A stretch of DNA of 64,000 nucleotides from Sedimentisphaerales bacterium (GTDB lineage: Bacteria; Planctomycetota; Phycisphaerae; Sedimentisphaerales; SM23-30). The stretch lies in the NCBI GenBank assembly GCA_963666285.1, contig OY762711.1; one strand, given 5' to 3'. This document shows, one piece after another, positions 1-9,500 of this stretch. The stretch's first letter is position 1. Each line of letters begins with the position of its first letter. Made by a program: the position numbers and the translations under genes. A model generated the notes under the pieces. The model was not told the DNA's origin. It did not search any database and was given only the letters and a program-made list of their open reading frames with translations.

Positions 1-939
1 CATGGCCCAAACCAGCGGCAGTTTATAGTTTTCTCCGTAGATGTAGATATCGACAGTAGCGTCACCGACTTCGATAGATTCCTTTTTGAGCAGATGCTCT
101 TTCCATTGATCCGGTACGGCGTCTGATGAACTGCTGCCGGGTGTCTGGATTACCTGTGTGCCAAGTTCGAGGATAGAAAGAATATCATCATATTGATTTT
201 CAGTTGCGATGGATTCGATTTCACCGAGAGTGTAGTTTATATCGTCAATGTTAGGGTCAGTTATCTGGTTGTAGTCTTCCAGCAGTGTGGTAATGTCGTC
301 AAGTGAGTTTTCCTGAGCGGTGAGCCCTATTTCGTTAATAATGTTGGCCAGCAACTCGAAATCTATGTTGGTCTGGCCATTTTGCTGATTGAGATATTCG
401 TTGATAAGATCGGAAACACCCTGCAGGCCTTCGTCTTCTGCGATAGTGATGATACCGGCTAATATAGGTACGGCCACTTCCAGGTCAAGGTTGTCAATGT
501 CGATAGTTTCTATCATTTCACTTATGACAATATCGTTATTATCAACAGCTATCTGTTTTACCTGTTCGATGAGCTCTGCAAACTGTTCCGGACTGAGCGT
601 TTTAAGATCACTGGTGAGATCAGCGACTTCATCTTCTGTTTGCTGATCCGTTGAAGTCTGGGCTGTCTGACGTTTGCGTATACGATTGACCATTTCATCG
701 TTATATTCCTGGATGAGCTTACCGGCAGCAACCAGTCCGGACTCAAGAGCGTAATCACATTGGACCAGATCCTGGCGATGTTTATTCATACGAACCTGTA
801 TGAATGATTCCTGCTGAAATTCCAGGGCCAGCAGGGTAAGTACGATAATAGCCATAAGCACCAGCAGCAGGACATATCCCTTGCGTCTGGTGGTTGACCT
901 TGAAGCGTACTGAATTGTTTTGTTATTATTGCGGTACAT
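1..939 (-). CDS. gspK: Type II secretion protein K-like minor pseudopilin (runs off left edge, partial)
   Basis: Not in ORF track (no stop in window). Hand translation from ATG at 939: MYRNNNK...RRKGYVLLLVLMAIIVLTLLALEF...CDYALESGLVAAG...VGDATVDIYIYGENYKLPLVWAM, open to position 1. Class III-like signal lacking Glu+5, GspK-type 'A.SG' motif, position after G-H-I-J. Confidence 0.8.
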   Translation of the reverse strand, partial: MYRNNNKTIQYASRSTTRRKGYVLLLVLMAIIVLTLLALEFQQESFIQVRMNKHRQDLVQCDYALESGLVAAGKLIQEYNDEMVNRIRKRQTAQTSTDQQTEDEVADLTSDLKTLSPEQFAELIEQVKQIAVDNNDIVISEMIETIDIDNLDLEVAVPILAGIITIAEDEGLQGVSDLINEYLNQQNGQTNIDFELLANIINEIGLTAQENSLDDITTLLEDYNQITDPNIDDINYTLGEIESIATENQYDDILSILELGTQVIQTPGSSSSDAVPDQWKEHLLKKESIEVGDATVDIYIYGENYKLPLVWAM

Positions 940-949
940 TGTTATTTGC

Positions 950-974
950 TCAAGCTGACCGATGGTCGGTTTGA
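950..974. repeat. Intergenic hairpin between gspJ and gspK
   Basis: TCAAGCTGACC-gat-GGTCGGTTTGA imperfect inverted repeat. Confidence 0.5.
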
Positions 975-1023
975 AAGGTATCAGGTATTAAAGTACTCTA
1001 GTTTTCTAGTATCAGATTTTGAG

Positions 1024-1737
1024 TTATTTATTTGCCCTTCCAGTTGAAGTTTTACCAGTTTGGGAATTAGTTTTATTAGAGCCAGTTCGAGGTTTTCTCT
1101 CGGTACTCTTTTTGATTTCCGCTTCTTCGAGCAGGATTTCATTTATGTTGGGCATGTCAAGGATGTCATTTCTTCTCAGGCAGAAAGTTCTGTAGGTTGA
1201 GAATGTCTGTTCGCTGTTTTTATTGTAATAGCTTTCGACGAGCAGCTCAATAACGGCAGGTGCCGAATTGGGGTCTTCCAGTCCATTTTCGTTAAGCAGC
1301 CTGATATCAAAATTGGCGATGCCGTCACAAATAGGGTAATAAACATCATACCCGGTTTTGTCCTGGCTTGAATAGTCTTTTCGATATAATGTATAAGTTT
1401 CGTTTTCATCTTCGGCAGCGACCCAGCTGATTTCCCGGTTGACCTTGCCGGCCGATGAATTTTCGGTTATGCTGACGCCGCCAAGGTTTTTGATTCCCCT
1501 GGGCGGCAGGATATTGAGCTTGCCCTGTGAACTTACCGAGTCGATGATGTCGGTAGTCATTTTATCGAGGCAGAAATTGACTTGTGATTCCTGGGATATT
1601 CGCTGTCGCAGGCTCACGGTAAAATCGACAGACTGCCTGTAGATCTGCATGACTGAAATCAGGATCAGCGAGGTAATAGTCATTACCGCGATCAGTTCCA
1701 GTAGGGAAAAGCCAGATTGTCGTTTTGTATTTGGCAT
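1024..1737 (-). CDS. gspJ: Minor pseudopilin, GspJ-like
   Basis: Prepilin motif SG|FSLLE plus hydrophobic helix; order H-I-J-K. Confidence 0.75.
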   Translation of the reverse strand: MPNTKRQSGFSLLELIAVMTITSLILISVMQIYRQSVDFTVSLRQRISQESQVNFCLDKMTTDIIDSVSSQGKLNILPPRGIKNLGGVSITENSSAGKVNREISWVAAEDENETYTLYRKDYSSQDKTGYDVYYPICDGIANFDIRLLNENGLEDPNSAPAVIELLVESYYNKNSEQTFSTYRTFCLRRNDILDMPNINEILLEEAEIKKSTERKPRTGSNKTNSQTGKTSTGRANK

Positions 1738-1739
1738 TT

Positions 1740-2279
1740 TTATTCCTGCATATTCATCATACGATCTAATAGTTCCTGCATAGTAGGATCTCTGCCAAGT
1801 TCTTCTTTCAGCCTTTGGTAATCTTCATCCATTTCATAAGCCGGGCGAAGCGGTACGGCTACTGCGTTGCCAGGTTTAGGGTTTAAGCTTTCAAAGAACC
1901 TGTGCAGTTCATAAGGCTGCATAAGGTTGCCGTCTCCAATATAATTAACCGTTACTATTGCATGAATAACGGTATTGTTCAGGGTGGCAGACTTTTCGCC
2001 TACAGCTTCTCTTTTGAGGTCAAGTTTCCAGCTGAAATCCGGATCCTGCTCGTCATCGGTTTCTAGTCCGACAGAGTCCGGTTCCTGCCTGTTGGTTATC
2101 AGCAGCTCCATCTGTCTGCGGGCAACTTCCGCGGCACGCTGGGCAATCAGGCTATGGGTGACCTGTTTGGTGGATTCATTCAATACCGAGTATGCACCGG
2201 TCAGCAGCAGGCCGAGAAGCAGGGTTGCTGCGACGACCTCGATAAGAGTGAATCCTTTTTGTTTGTGTGGTGCAAGCAT
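1740..2279 (-). CDS. gspI: Minor pseudopilin, GspI-like
   Basis: KG|FTLIE prepilin motif; position in operon. Confidence 0.75.
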   Translation of the reverse strand: MLAPHKQKGFTLIEVVAATLLLGLLLTGAYSVLNESTKQVTHSLIAQRAAEVARRQMELLITNRQEPDSVGLETDDEQDPDFSWKLDLKREAVGEKSATLNNTVIHAIVTVNYIGDGNLMQPYELHRFFESLNPKPGNAVAVPLRPAYEMDEDYQRLKEELGRDPTMQELLDRMMNMQE

Positions 2280-2285
2280 ATTTAT

Positions 2286-2330
2286 CGAGTGAAGAACTAA
2301 GAGTGAAGAATTGTGGTTTGCTACGCAAGC
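2286..2330. repeat. REP-like module (purine microrepeat plus small hairpin) inserted between gspH and gspI
   Basis: GAGTGAAGAA twice, then TTGTG-GTTTGC-TAC-GCAAGC; TGAAGAATTG(T/A)GGT recurs at ~51825. Confidence 0.55.
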
Positions 2331-2404
2331 TTAATTTATACTCTGTTATGACTTAATCCTTCAAATTTCCGGTATTATTTACAATTTATATATCTTAAGA
2401 GTAC

Positions 2405-3040
2405 TTAAAAGTTTTCAACGGTTTTGGGTAATTTTGTTTCACTATAGTACTGCTTAACATTAGCAGTTGATCTTTCACATCTTAACCAGTTGGAATTCTG
2501 ACCGTTATTGTCGGTTATGGTCAGTACAAACGATTCCTGCCAGCCGCCGGAGTCGGCTTCGAAAATAAACTCTCCGGAGGTGTTGAGCTGACCGTCTTCG
2601 GTCAGAATCGAATCGAGATAGTTAAGCTGTAAAGGCTGACATTCGAAGATCAGCTCTGTTTCCCGGTTATCTTCCGGTTCTGTATCAATTGGATTAAATT
2701 CGGCACCTAAGATAGGTCTGTCGCCGAGTAGTGGTGTTTCTTCGGTGGTATTAGCGGTTCCAAATTCCAACGGCTTGTAAACTTCATAGGTTTCAAAGAT
2801 GCCATTGTCGATATCGAGTACAACTTTGATAGTTTTTCCTTTTAAGACGGCATATTGCACACTTTCCCTGAGGAAGATATCGAGTTTGTCAGCATCGGAA
2901 TCAGTTCGGCTGCGTTCGATAATCCTGACAACAGGGACGCTGGCAAACCCGGTAATCAATACAATAATAACCAGAACCAGCACAAGCTCGACAAGAGAAA
3001 ATGCCTGCCGAGCCTGATATTTTTTTGCTGAAGTATGCAT
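2405..3040 (-). CDS. gspH: Minor pseudopilin, GspH-like
   Basis: QA|FSLVE prepilin motif; immediately after gspG. Confidence 0.75.
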   Translation of the reverse strand: MHTSAKKYQARQAFSLVELVLVLVIIVLITGFASVPVVRIIERSRTDSDADKLDIFLRESVQYAVLKGKTIKVVLDIDNGIFETYEVYKPLEFGTANTTEETPLLGDRPILGAEFNPIDTEPEDNRETELIFECQPLQLNYLDSILTEDGQLNTSGEFIFEADSGGWQESFVLTITDNNGQNSNWLRCERSTANVKQYYSETKLPKTVENF

Positions 3041-3074
3041 ATTATGTAAATGACTGGAATATTATCCGAAAAAA

Positions 3075-3515
3075 CTATTCTTCAGTATTAGTTAAAGAGA
3101 AGTTGTCGATATCTCCGCTAATACCATCACCACCTTCTTCACCATCAGCGCCGTAGCAGATGATAGTGTATTCCCTGGAGTCCATTTCCGGTGGGTAGTA
3201 TTCGTAGGAATTATCCCAAGGGTCAAGCGGCAGGCCGTCACCTTCGATATACGGTCCGTCCCAGCCTTTGACATCAGCAGGTTCAACCATCAGATCTTCT
3301 AGGTATTGAGGGTAGATTCCGGTATGAAGTTTGTAGTTATCGATAGCCCTGCAGAAGATAGATATCTGAGCTTTGGCAGCCTGTACCCTGGCTGTATCAA
3401 CGTTCTGTATGATTTTCAGCCCGGCAACACCAGCAAGAACCGCAATGATTCCCAGTACAACCAGCATTTCGATAAGAGTAAAACCGTGATTTCTTTTTGT
3501 TCTGTTTCTGTTCAT
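3075..3515 (-). CDS. gspG: Type II secretion major pseudopilin
   Basis: HG|FTLIE; 'YKLHTGIYP', 'GWDGPY', 'DPWDNSYEY', 'YGADGEEGG' GspG motifs. Confidence 0.95.
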   Translation of the reverse strand: MNRNRTKRNHGFTLIEMLVVLGIIAVLAGVAGLKIIQNVDTARVQAAKAQISIFCRAIDNYKLHTGIYPQYLEDLMVEPADVKGWDGPYIEGDGLPLDPWDNSYEYYPPEMDSREYTIICYGADGEEGGDGISGDIDNFSLTNTEE

Positions 3516-3566
3516 TTGATATTCTCCATCTAAATCAAAAATACATATGTATAGGCATATATTATA

Positions 3567-4766
3567 TTAAACAGTATTGACATCCATCATAGGGATAACA
3601 ATTGCCATAAAAATCATTCCAATGATAACGGCCATAATAACAATAATAACAGGTTCGATAACAGCACCGATACGTTCGGCGGCTATATCAGTTTTTTCCT
3701 GCATGGATTCCGCGATATTTCTAAGCATGGTTTCGAGTTCGCCGCTTTTTTCACCGATAGTAATCATGTGAGCGGTGGTAGGGTCAACCAGTCCGCTGTC
3801 CCTGAGAGGGGTGGCGATGTCGGCACCACCAACGATACGTTCACGGGCACGGTGTACGGCATGGCCCATGACTACATTACCGGTAACATCGGCAACCACG
3901 GCCAGAGCATCAGCCATTGGCATACCGCTGCGCATAAGGGCAGCGAGTGTAGAAGCGAACCTGGCGACTACAGTATGTTTGATAAATGTGCCGAAGACCG
4001 GTATTTTAAGTTTGAAGCGGTCGAGCCTGGTACGCCCGGATTTGGTAGATTTCCATTTGCGGAAGAGCAAGTGAGTGACGAAAAGGCAAATAAGTATGAG
4101 CCACCACCATTGAGCCATGAAGCTACTTAGGTTTATAAGTGCTTTTGTAGAAGCGGGAAGCTCTTTACCGGTTGCCATGAGTAGTTTAGTTAGTTTAGGT
4201 ACGGCTACAGTTACGATAACAGAGACAATGACAATACAGCCAATTACGAGTATGGCGGGGTATATCATAGCACTAATGAATTTCTGTTCGAGTTTATTGC
4301 TTTTTAGCATCTGCTCTTTGAGAACTTCGAGTGAACTGCCGAGATTACCGGTAGCTTCGCCAACTTTTACCATTGATGAGTAGATGGTATCGAAGTATTG
4401 CGGATACCCTTTGAGCCCGTCCGCGAAGTTGTCACCGGCGACCAGCTGATCCTTGATATTCTGTAGAGCCTGTTTGAATTTCATGTCGGCAACCTGCAGA
4501 ATAACGAGGTCGAGCGCCTCGGTAAGTTTAACTTCGGCATTGATCATGGTACTAAGCTGGGTGGTAAAATCCATAACCAGTTTTTTATTACGTCGGCTGA
4601 CAGAAACACTGCCTTCCAAGCGAGCGGCTGCGGCCTGTTCAATGCTTTTGGGGTGAAGCATCCGGTTGCGAAGCTGTTTTCGCGCAGCGGCAGCGTTTTC
4701 AGCTACGATAGAGCCTCGTACCTGTTTACCTTCTTTGTCTATAGCTTTGTATTTGAATGATGGCAT
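3567..4766 (-). CDS. gspF: Type II secretion inner-membrane platform protein F
   Basis: MPSFKYKAIDKEGK start, two T2SSF domains ('VGEATGNL', 'IGEKSGEL'), 3 TM segments. Confidence 0.95.
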   Translation of the reverse strand: MPSFKYKAIDKEGKQVRGSIVAENAAAARKQLRNRMLHPKSIEQAAAARLEGSVSVSRRNKKLVMDFTTQLSTMINAEVKLTEALDLVILQVADMKFKQALQNIKDQLVAGDNFADGLKGYPQYFDTIYSSMVKVGEATGNLGSSLEVLKEQMLKSNKLEQKFISAMIYPAILVIGCIVIVSVIVTVAVPKLTKLLMATGKELPASTKALINLSSFMAQWWWLILICLFVTHLLFRKWKSTKSGRTRLDRFKLKIPVFGTFIKHTVVARFASTLAALMRSGMPMADALAVVADVTGNVVMGHAVHRARERIVGGADIATPLRDSGLVDPTTAHMITIGEKSGELETMLRNIAESMQEKTDIAAERIGAVIEPVIIVIMAVIIGMIFMAIVIPMMDVNTV

Positions 4767-4799
4767 TGTTTAAGCAAGTAATAACTAATAAATTATTTA

Positions 4800-4814
4800 T
4801 CCGCCTTTGGCGGA
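4800..4814. repeat. Short REP-like palindrome between gspE and gspF
   Basis: TCCGCC-ttt-GGCGGA. Confidence 0.5.
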
Positions 4815-4819
4815 CTGGA

Positions 4820-6535
4820 TTATACTTCGTCGGACTGGGCCATACGCAGGATTTCCTCGAGCGAAGTCATGCCTTGTTCGACCTTTCTCATGCCGTCCAT
4901 TCGAAGAGTGGTCATCCCACTTTCGAGAGCGACTTTTTTGATCATAGCAGCGCTTTTCCGCTGGTAAATACATTGCCGGACATCGTCGTCGATAGTCATA
5001 AGTTCGTATATGCCTGTTCGTCCCATATACCCGGTTCTAAAACATTTATCACAACCTTTTGGTTCATAGACTTTTTCGAAGCCGGAATACGCCAGCCCCA
5101 GTTTCTTGATTTTATCCGAATCGCCCGCGATTTCCTCTTTGCAATGCGGGCATAACCTTCTGACAAGCCGCTGTGCCAGGGCACCGACAACAGAGGAGGC
5201 AACCAGGTACGGTTCGACATTGAAATCGAGTATACGGGTAATAGCGCCAGATGCATCATTGGTATGCAGGGTGCTGAATACCAGGTGACCGGTAAGCGAG
5301 GATTGGATAACCATCCGAGCGGTTTCCTCATCACGTACCTCACCAACCATAATAACATCCGGGTCCTGACGCAGAATATGTCTCAGGGCGGTGATAAAAG
5401 TCATGCCTTTGCGGTTGGCGACCTGAATCTGGCTTATGCCGTCGAGATGATATTCGATTGGGTCTTCTACGGTGATAACGTTCTTTTCACGAGCATCAAT
5501 TTTCTGCAGAAAGCTGTAAAGAGTAGTACTTTTACCGCTACCGGTAGGCCCAGTTACAAAGAATACGCCGTGAGGCCGGTTGATAAGATCCCCGATACGG
5601 TCATAGTCATAATCGCTGAGTCCAAGCTCTTTTAGCGAGTAAACTCCGCTGCCTTTATCGAGAATACGCAAAACCGACCGTTCGCCATAGGCGGTAGGTA
5701 CGGTACTAACACGGAGGTCAACTTCGCGTGACCCGATTCTGACACTACAGCGTCCGTCTTGAGGCATACGTCGTTCAGCGATATCCATGCCGCTCATAAC
5801 CTTGATACGGGATACGAGAACCGGCAGCAGTCTCGGGTCGAGAGTGAGCATATCGTATAGAAGTCCGTCGATACGGTATCGTACCATCAGCTTTTGTTCA
5901 AACGGATGGATATGTACATCAGAGGTTCTCATCTGGAGAGCCTTGAAGAGGATATCATTAACCAGACGGATAACCGGCGGTCGGTTGACAACATCAAGCA
6001 GGTCTTCGCTGGAGACGTCGCCGATAAGACTCTGGATACTGCTGGAGTCAACTTCTTCGGCAACTTCTTCGAGTACGGTTGTTCGGTTTTCGTATGCACC
6101 GTTAATCGCAGTGTTGATGATAGCACGGTTGGCAAGTGCGGGTATGACAGGCAGTCCTGTCATATTAGCGATATTATCGACGGCATAGAATTCCAGCGGT
6201 CTGCATGTGGCAATGACAAGGGAGCCGTCACGGTTTTCGACGGCACAGACATTGTGCTGATGAGCGTAGTTGCTGGGCACAATATTTGAAAACTCGGCAG
6301 GAACATCAGCCGGGTCGATATGTTCGAGATAATCCATCCCGAGTGCCGCAGCGAAGAGCCTGAGTACCTGGTCTTCGGTGAAGCTACCTTCGGCCAGTAT
6401 CATGCTGTCGAGATCGGCGGGGTTGTCCGAGACCTCGAGCTTTCGGGCGCATATTTCCAGCACATCTTCGAGGTCGCCAGGATCGACGGCCCCGGTTTTT
6501 CTTGCTGCTGTAATTAACTTATCTTGTATTTTCAT
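4820..6535 (-). CDS. gspE: Type II secretion ATPase
   Basis: Walker A GPTGSGKSTT, Asp box TVEDPIE, LRQDPDVIMVGEVRD, His box STLHTND, CxxC...CxxC zinc motif. Confidence 0.95.
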   Translation of the reverse strand: MKIQDKLITAARKTGAVDPGDLEDVLEICARKLEVSDNPADLDSMILAEGSFTEDQVLRLFAAALGMDYLEHIDPADVPAEFSNIVPSNYAHQHNVCAVENRDGSLVIATCRPLEFYAVDNIANMTGLPVIPALANRAIINTAINGAYENRTTVLEEVAEEVDSSSIQSLIGDVSSEDLLDVVNRPPVIRLVNDILFKALQMRTSDVHIHPFEQKLMVRYRIDGLLYDMLTLDPRLLPVLVSRIKVMSGMDIAERRMPQDGRCSVRIGSREVDLRVSTVPTAYGERSVLRILDKGSGVYSLKELGLSDYDYDRIGDLINRPHGVFFVTGPTGSGKSTTLYSFLQKIDAREKNVITVEDPIEYHLDGISQIQVANRKGMTFITALRHILRQDPDVIMVGEVRDEETARMVIQSSLTGHLVFSTLHTNDASGAITRILDFNVEPYLVASSVVGALAQRLVRRLCPHCKEEIAGDSDKIKKLGLAYSGFEKVYEPKGCDKCFRTGYMGRTGIYELMTIDDDVRQCIYQRKSAAMIKKVALESGMTTLRMDGMRKVEQGMTSLEEILRMAQSDEV

Positions 6536-6581
6536 AATTAAATTGTTTCAAACTGGCCGGTTAAGAGTTTACAAGACCGAT

Positions 6582-9500
6582 TTAATTTACACGTTCACGT
6601 TTTTCCGGTTTGAATCCAGGAATAATTGGCATCTCGTTAAAGTTTTCCTGCAGTTCTCTCATCTTTTCTTCATTTATTTTAGAAATACTCTTGAGCTGTT
6701 CAAAGTTCTGGTCACTTACTATTTCCGCTTTGACAAATACGTATAGAACTGTTCTGCCCTTGGTTTTAGATATATTTCTGAAGGCAGAACCTAATATGGG
6801 TATATCACCGAGCAGCGGTATTTTATTTTCTGTTTCTGTCCAGCTGGTCTGGGTAAGCCCGCCGAGGATGATATAAGCACCATTTGGAATGTTAACATGG
6901 GATTCCAGGTTGTTGTTTGCGGTAGAGGTGTCACTACCTTCACCGATAAAGTTGTCAACATCCAGAGTGATCTCCAACCTTAGGAATGCCTTTTCATTTT
7001 CCGGGTCATCATCAAAGACGCCAATATGCGGAGTGACAGTAAGGGTAGTACCGGCTTCTTTCCATTCAGAAACCTCGGTGATAGGTGTGTCACTACCGGC
7101 AGGGATTGTTGTGCGTTCGATAGGCCTGGAAGTAGAGCTGGTAATTGTAGCCGATTTGTTGTCAAGGGTAAGTACCCGCGGCATACTGGAGATTTCCGAG
7201 TTTGTATTGGTATTAATAGCTTCCAAAGCGGCATAGATAAAATCTTCCTTGAAGAAAGCGATTGTACCGCCGGTACCGGTTGCAACTCCATTGTCACCGA
7301 TGGAAACCCCGTCAATACTGAATGGAGAAACCCCGGAAATAGAACTGCCGTCAGGCGTGCCAAATACATCTTTTAAGGTGACGCCGAGTTTGAAAGAGTC
7401 GTCCAGAGTGATCTTTATCAGGCTGGCCTCAATAAGAACCTGCGGCATCGGGACGTCGATATCATTAATAATCGACTCTATCTCTTCCAGTTGGCGTTTA
7501 CTGCCGCGAACGGCAACAGAGAAAATATCTTCGAGTTCATGAACCGTAGGAGCCATTTCCAAACCTTTCAGTTTGGATTCACCTTCAGAGACTTCACCCT
7601 GGTCGATAAGCGGCTGGACATATAGAGAATCGAGAGCCGCCGCGACAGTGGCCGGTTCCTGGTTACGCATCTTGAAGACTTTGACCTGTCCCATAGTGTC
7701 GTCAGGTTCGACATCGATAACCTTGATCATCTCGGTTATCTCTTCATGCTGGTAAAGGGTAGCATAAATGAATAATCTATTGGTCGGTTCATGCTGGGCA
7801 ACGTATATAATCGGTTCCTCGATATTAGTCCAGGAGTCCCATTCATTGATGACAATATTCTGCCCGGAGATAGGGTCGAAGGTTTGCTGCCTAAGGTTTC
7901 TATTGTTATTGGAGTTGTATCTCTGATATTTCTGATCCAGGCTTTCACTGGTTTGAGTCAGTTCAAGATCGTCAAGAATAGTTCTAACATCGCTTACAGG
8001 TACATACTTCAACTGATGTATTTGCAGGGTCATGTTGTCATGTTTGCTAGGCGGCACATCAATAATCGGCATGAGGTCGACAATTTCGTTATACTGTTCA
8101 TTGGTCGATACAACCAGCAGGCGGTTGGTTCTATCGTCCGGCAGCAGGAATGGTCCGCGAGGTGAAACTTCAATAATCGAAGACAGTCCTTCCCGCCTGT
8201 TATACCCGCTGTTAGTGTTACGGGAACTAGCATTTCTGTTGTTGTCATTGTAGCTGTCAAGCAGGTTAGAATTTCTATTAGAGCTATTGTTGCGATTGCT
8301 GTTACTGCCGTATTGGTTTGACCTGGAGCTGCTGCCTGACTGGGGCTGTTCCTGTTCATGCAGTACAGCGAGCAGTTTAGCGACCTGGTCGGCAGCTTCA
8401 GAGCTAAGGATATATTTGAGCTGCGGAGCGATCTGCAGGTTCAGCCCGATAGATTTATCGAGTATTTTGATCATGTCATCAACCTGCTTGATCTGTTCGT
8501 CCATACCGACAACAAATAATCTGTTAAGCCTGTTGTCAGCCATGAGGAAAGGTCCTTCCTCGCCAACCTGCTGTAGAGAAGGAGAGGAAGTTCTATTATC
8601 AGAATCATTTCTGTTTGACTGTCTTTGGTTAGTGCCGAAGATATCGCTTGACCTGCCTCTGTCAATAGTGTTTTTAGTCGGATCTTCTTCGGTATTGGAG
8701 CTGAGAGCTTCAATAAGTTGGGTTATCTGTTCGGTAATAGCTTCAACTTCAACGACATCAAAGGTGAAGATTTCGAGGCGAACTTCACTGTTAGGCCATT
8801 CCTGATCGATGATTTCGACCAGTTCTTTAGCCTGGTCAATTTGTTCGCGAACACCGACAATCAGAATTCTGTTCAGGCGTTCATCAGCCAGCATGAAAGG
8901 GCCGGCATCCTCTTCATCAGAAGAAGTTTGCGGTTCAGAGGTATTATTATCGTTTCTGCCCGGAGTTCTTACTCTGTTATTTGGAGTTCTGCCGGTAATA
9001 CTAGTGTTGCTTGGAGCCTTGCCGGTAGACTGTTCGTTGATAGCGCCGATAAGTTCTTTAACTTTGCTAAGAGTGTCGGCAGCTTCAGTGTTTTCCAGTT
9101 TCAGGATTTCTAATGTGATTTCACCGCCGGGCAGAGGGACATCAAATAAAGCGAGCAATTCTTCGAACTGTTCGATCTGTTCTTTCCAACCGAGAATAAT
9201 AATACGGTTGGTCCGGTCATCAACAAGCATAAACATGCCGTCAACCTGTTCATCGTTTGAAGCTTGAGTGTTGGTTCTGCGTTGGTTTGTTGATGGTCTG
9301 GCAGTCCTGTTGTTTGGCGTTGGCTGAGTCGGTTCCGGATCGGGGCTGTCGGCCTGTTCCTGTTCGGCCTGTTCCTCGTTAATAGCTTTCATAAGCTTCT
9401 GGATCTTTTCGACAGCATTTTGCGAGTCCAGATAAACCGGAGAATAAATTTTCAGCTCAACCTGCTGGCCGCCTTTTGGTACATCAAACAGGCTTAGAAT

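Noticed and set aside
6330..6535. MshEN c-di-GMP-binding motif at the GspE N-terminus
   Set aside because: The helical pattern is present but both RLG motifs are absent (KLITA, DLDSM), so binding is not supported
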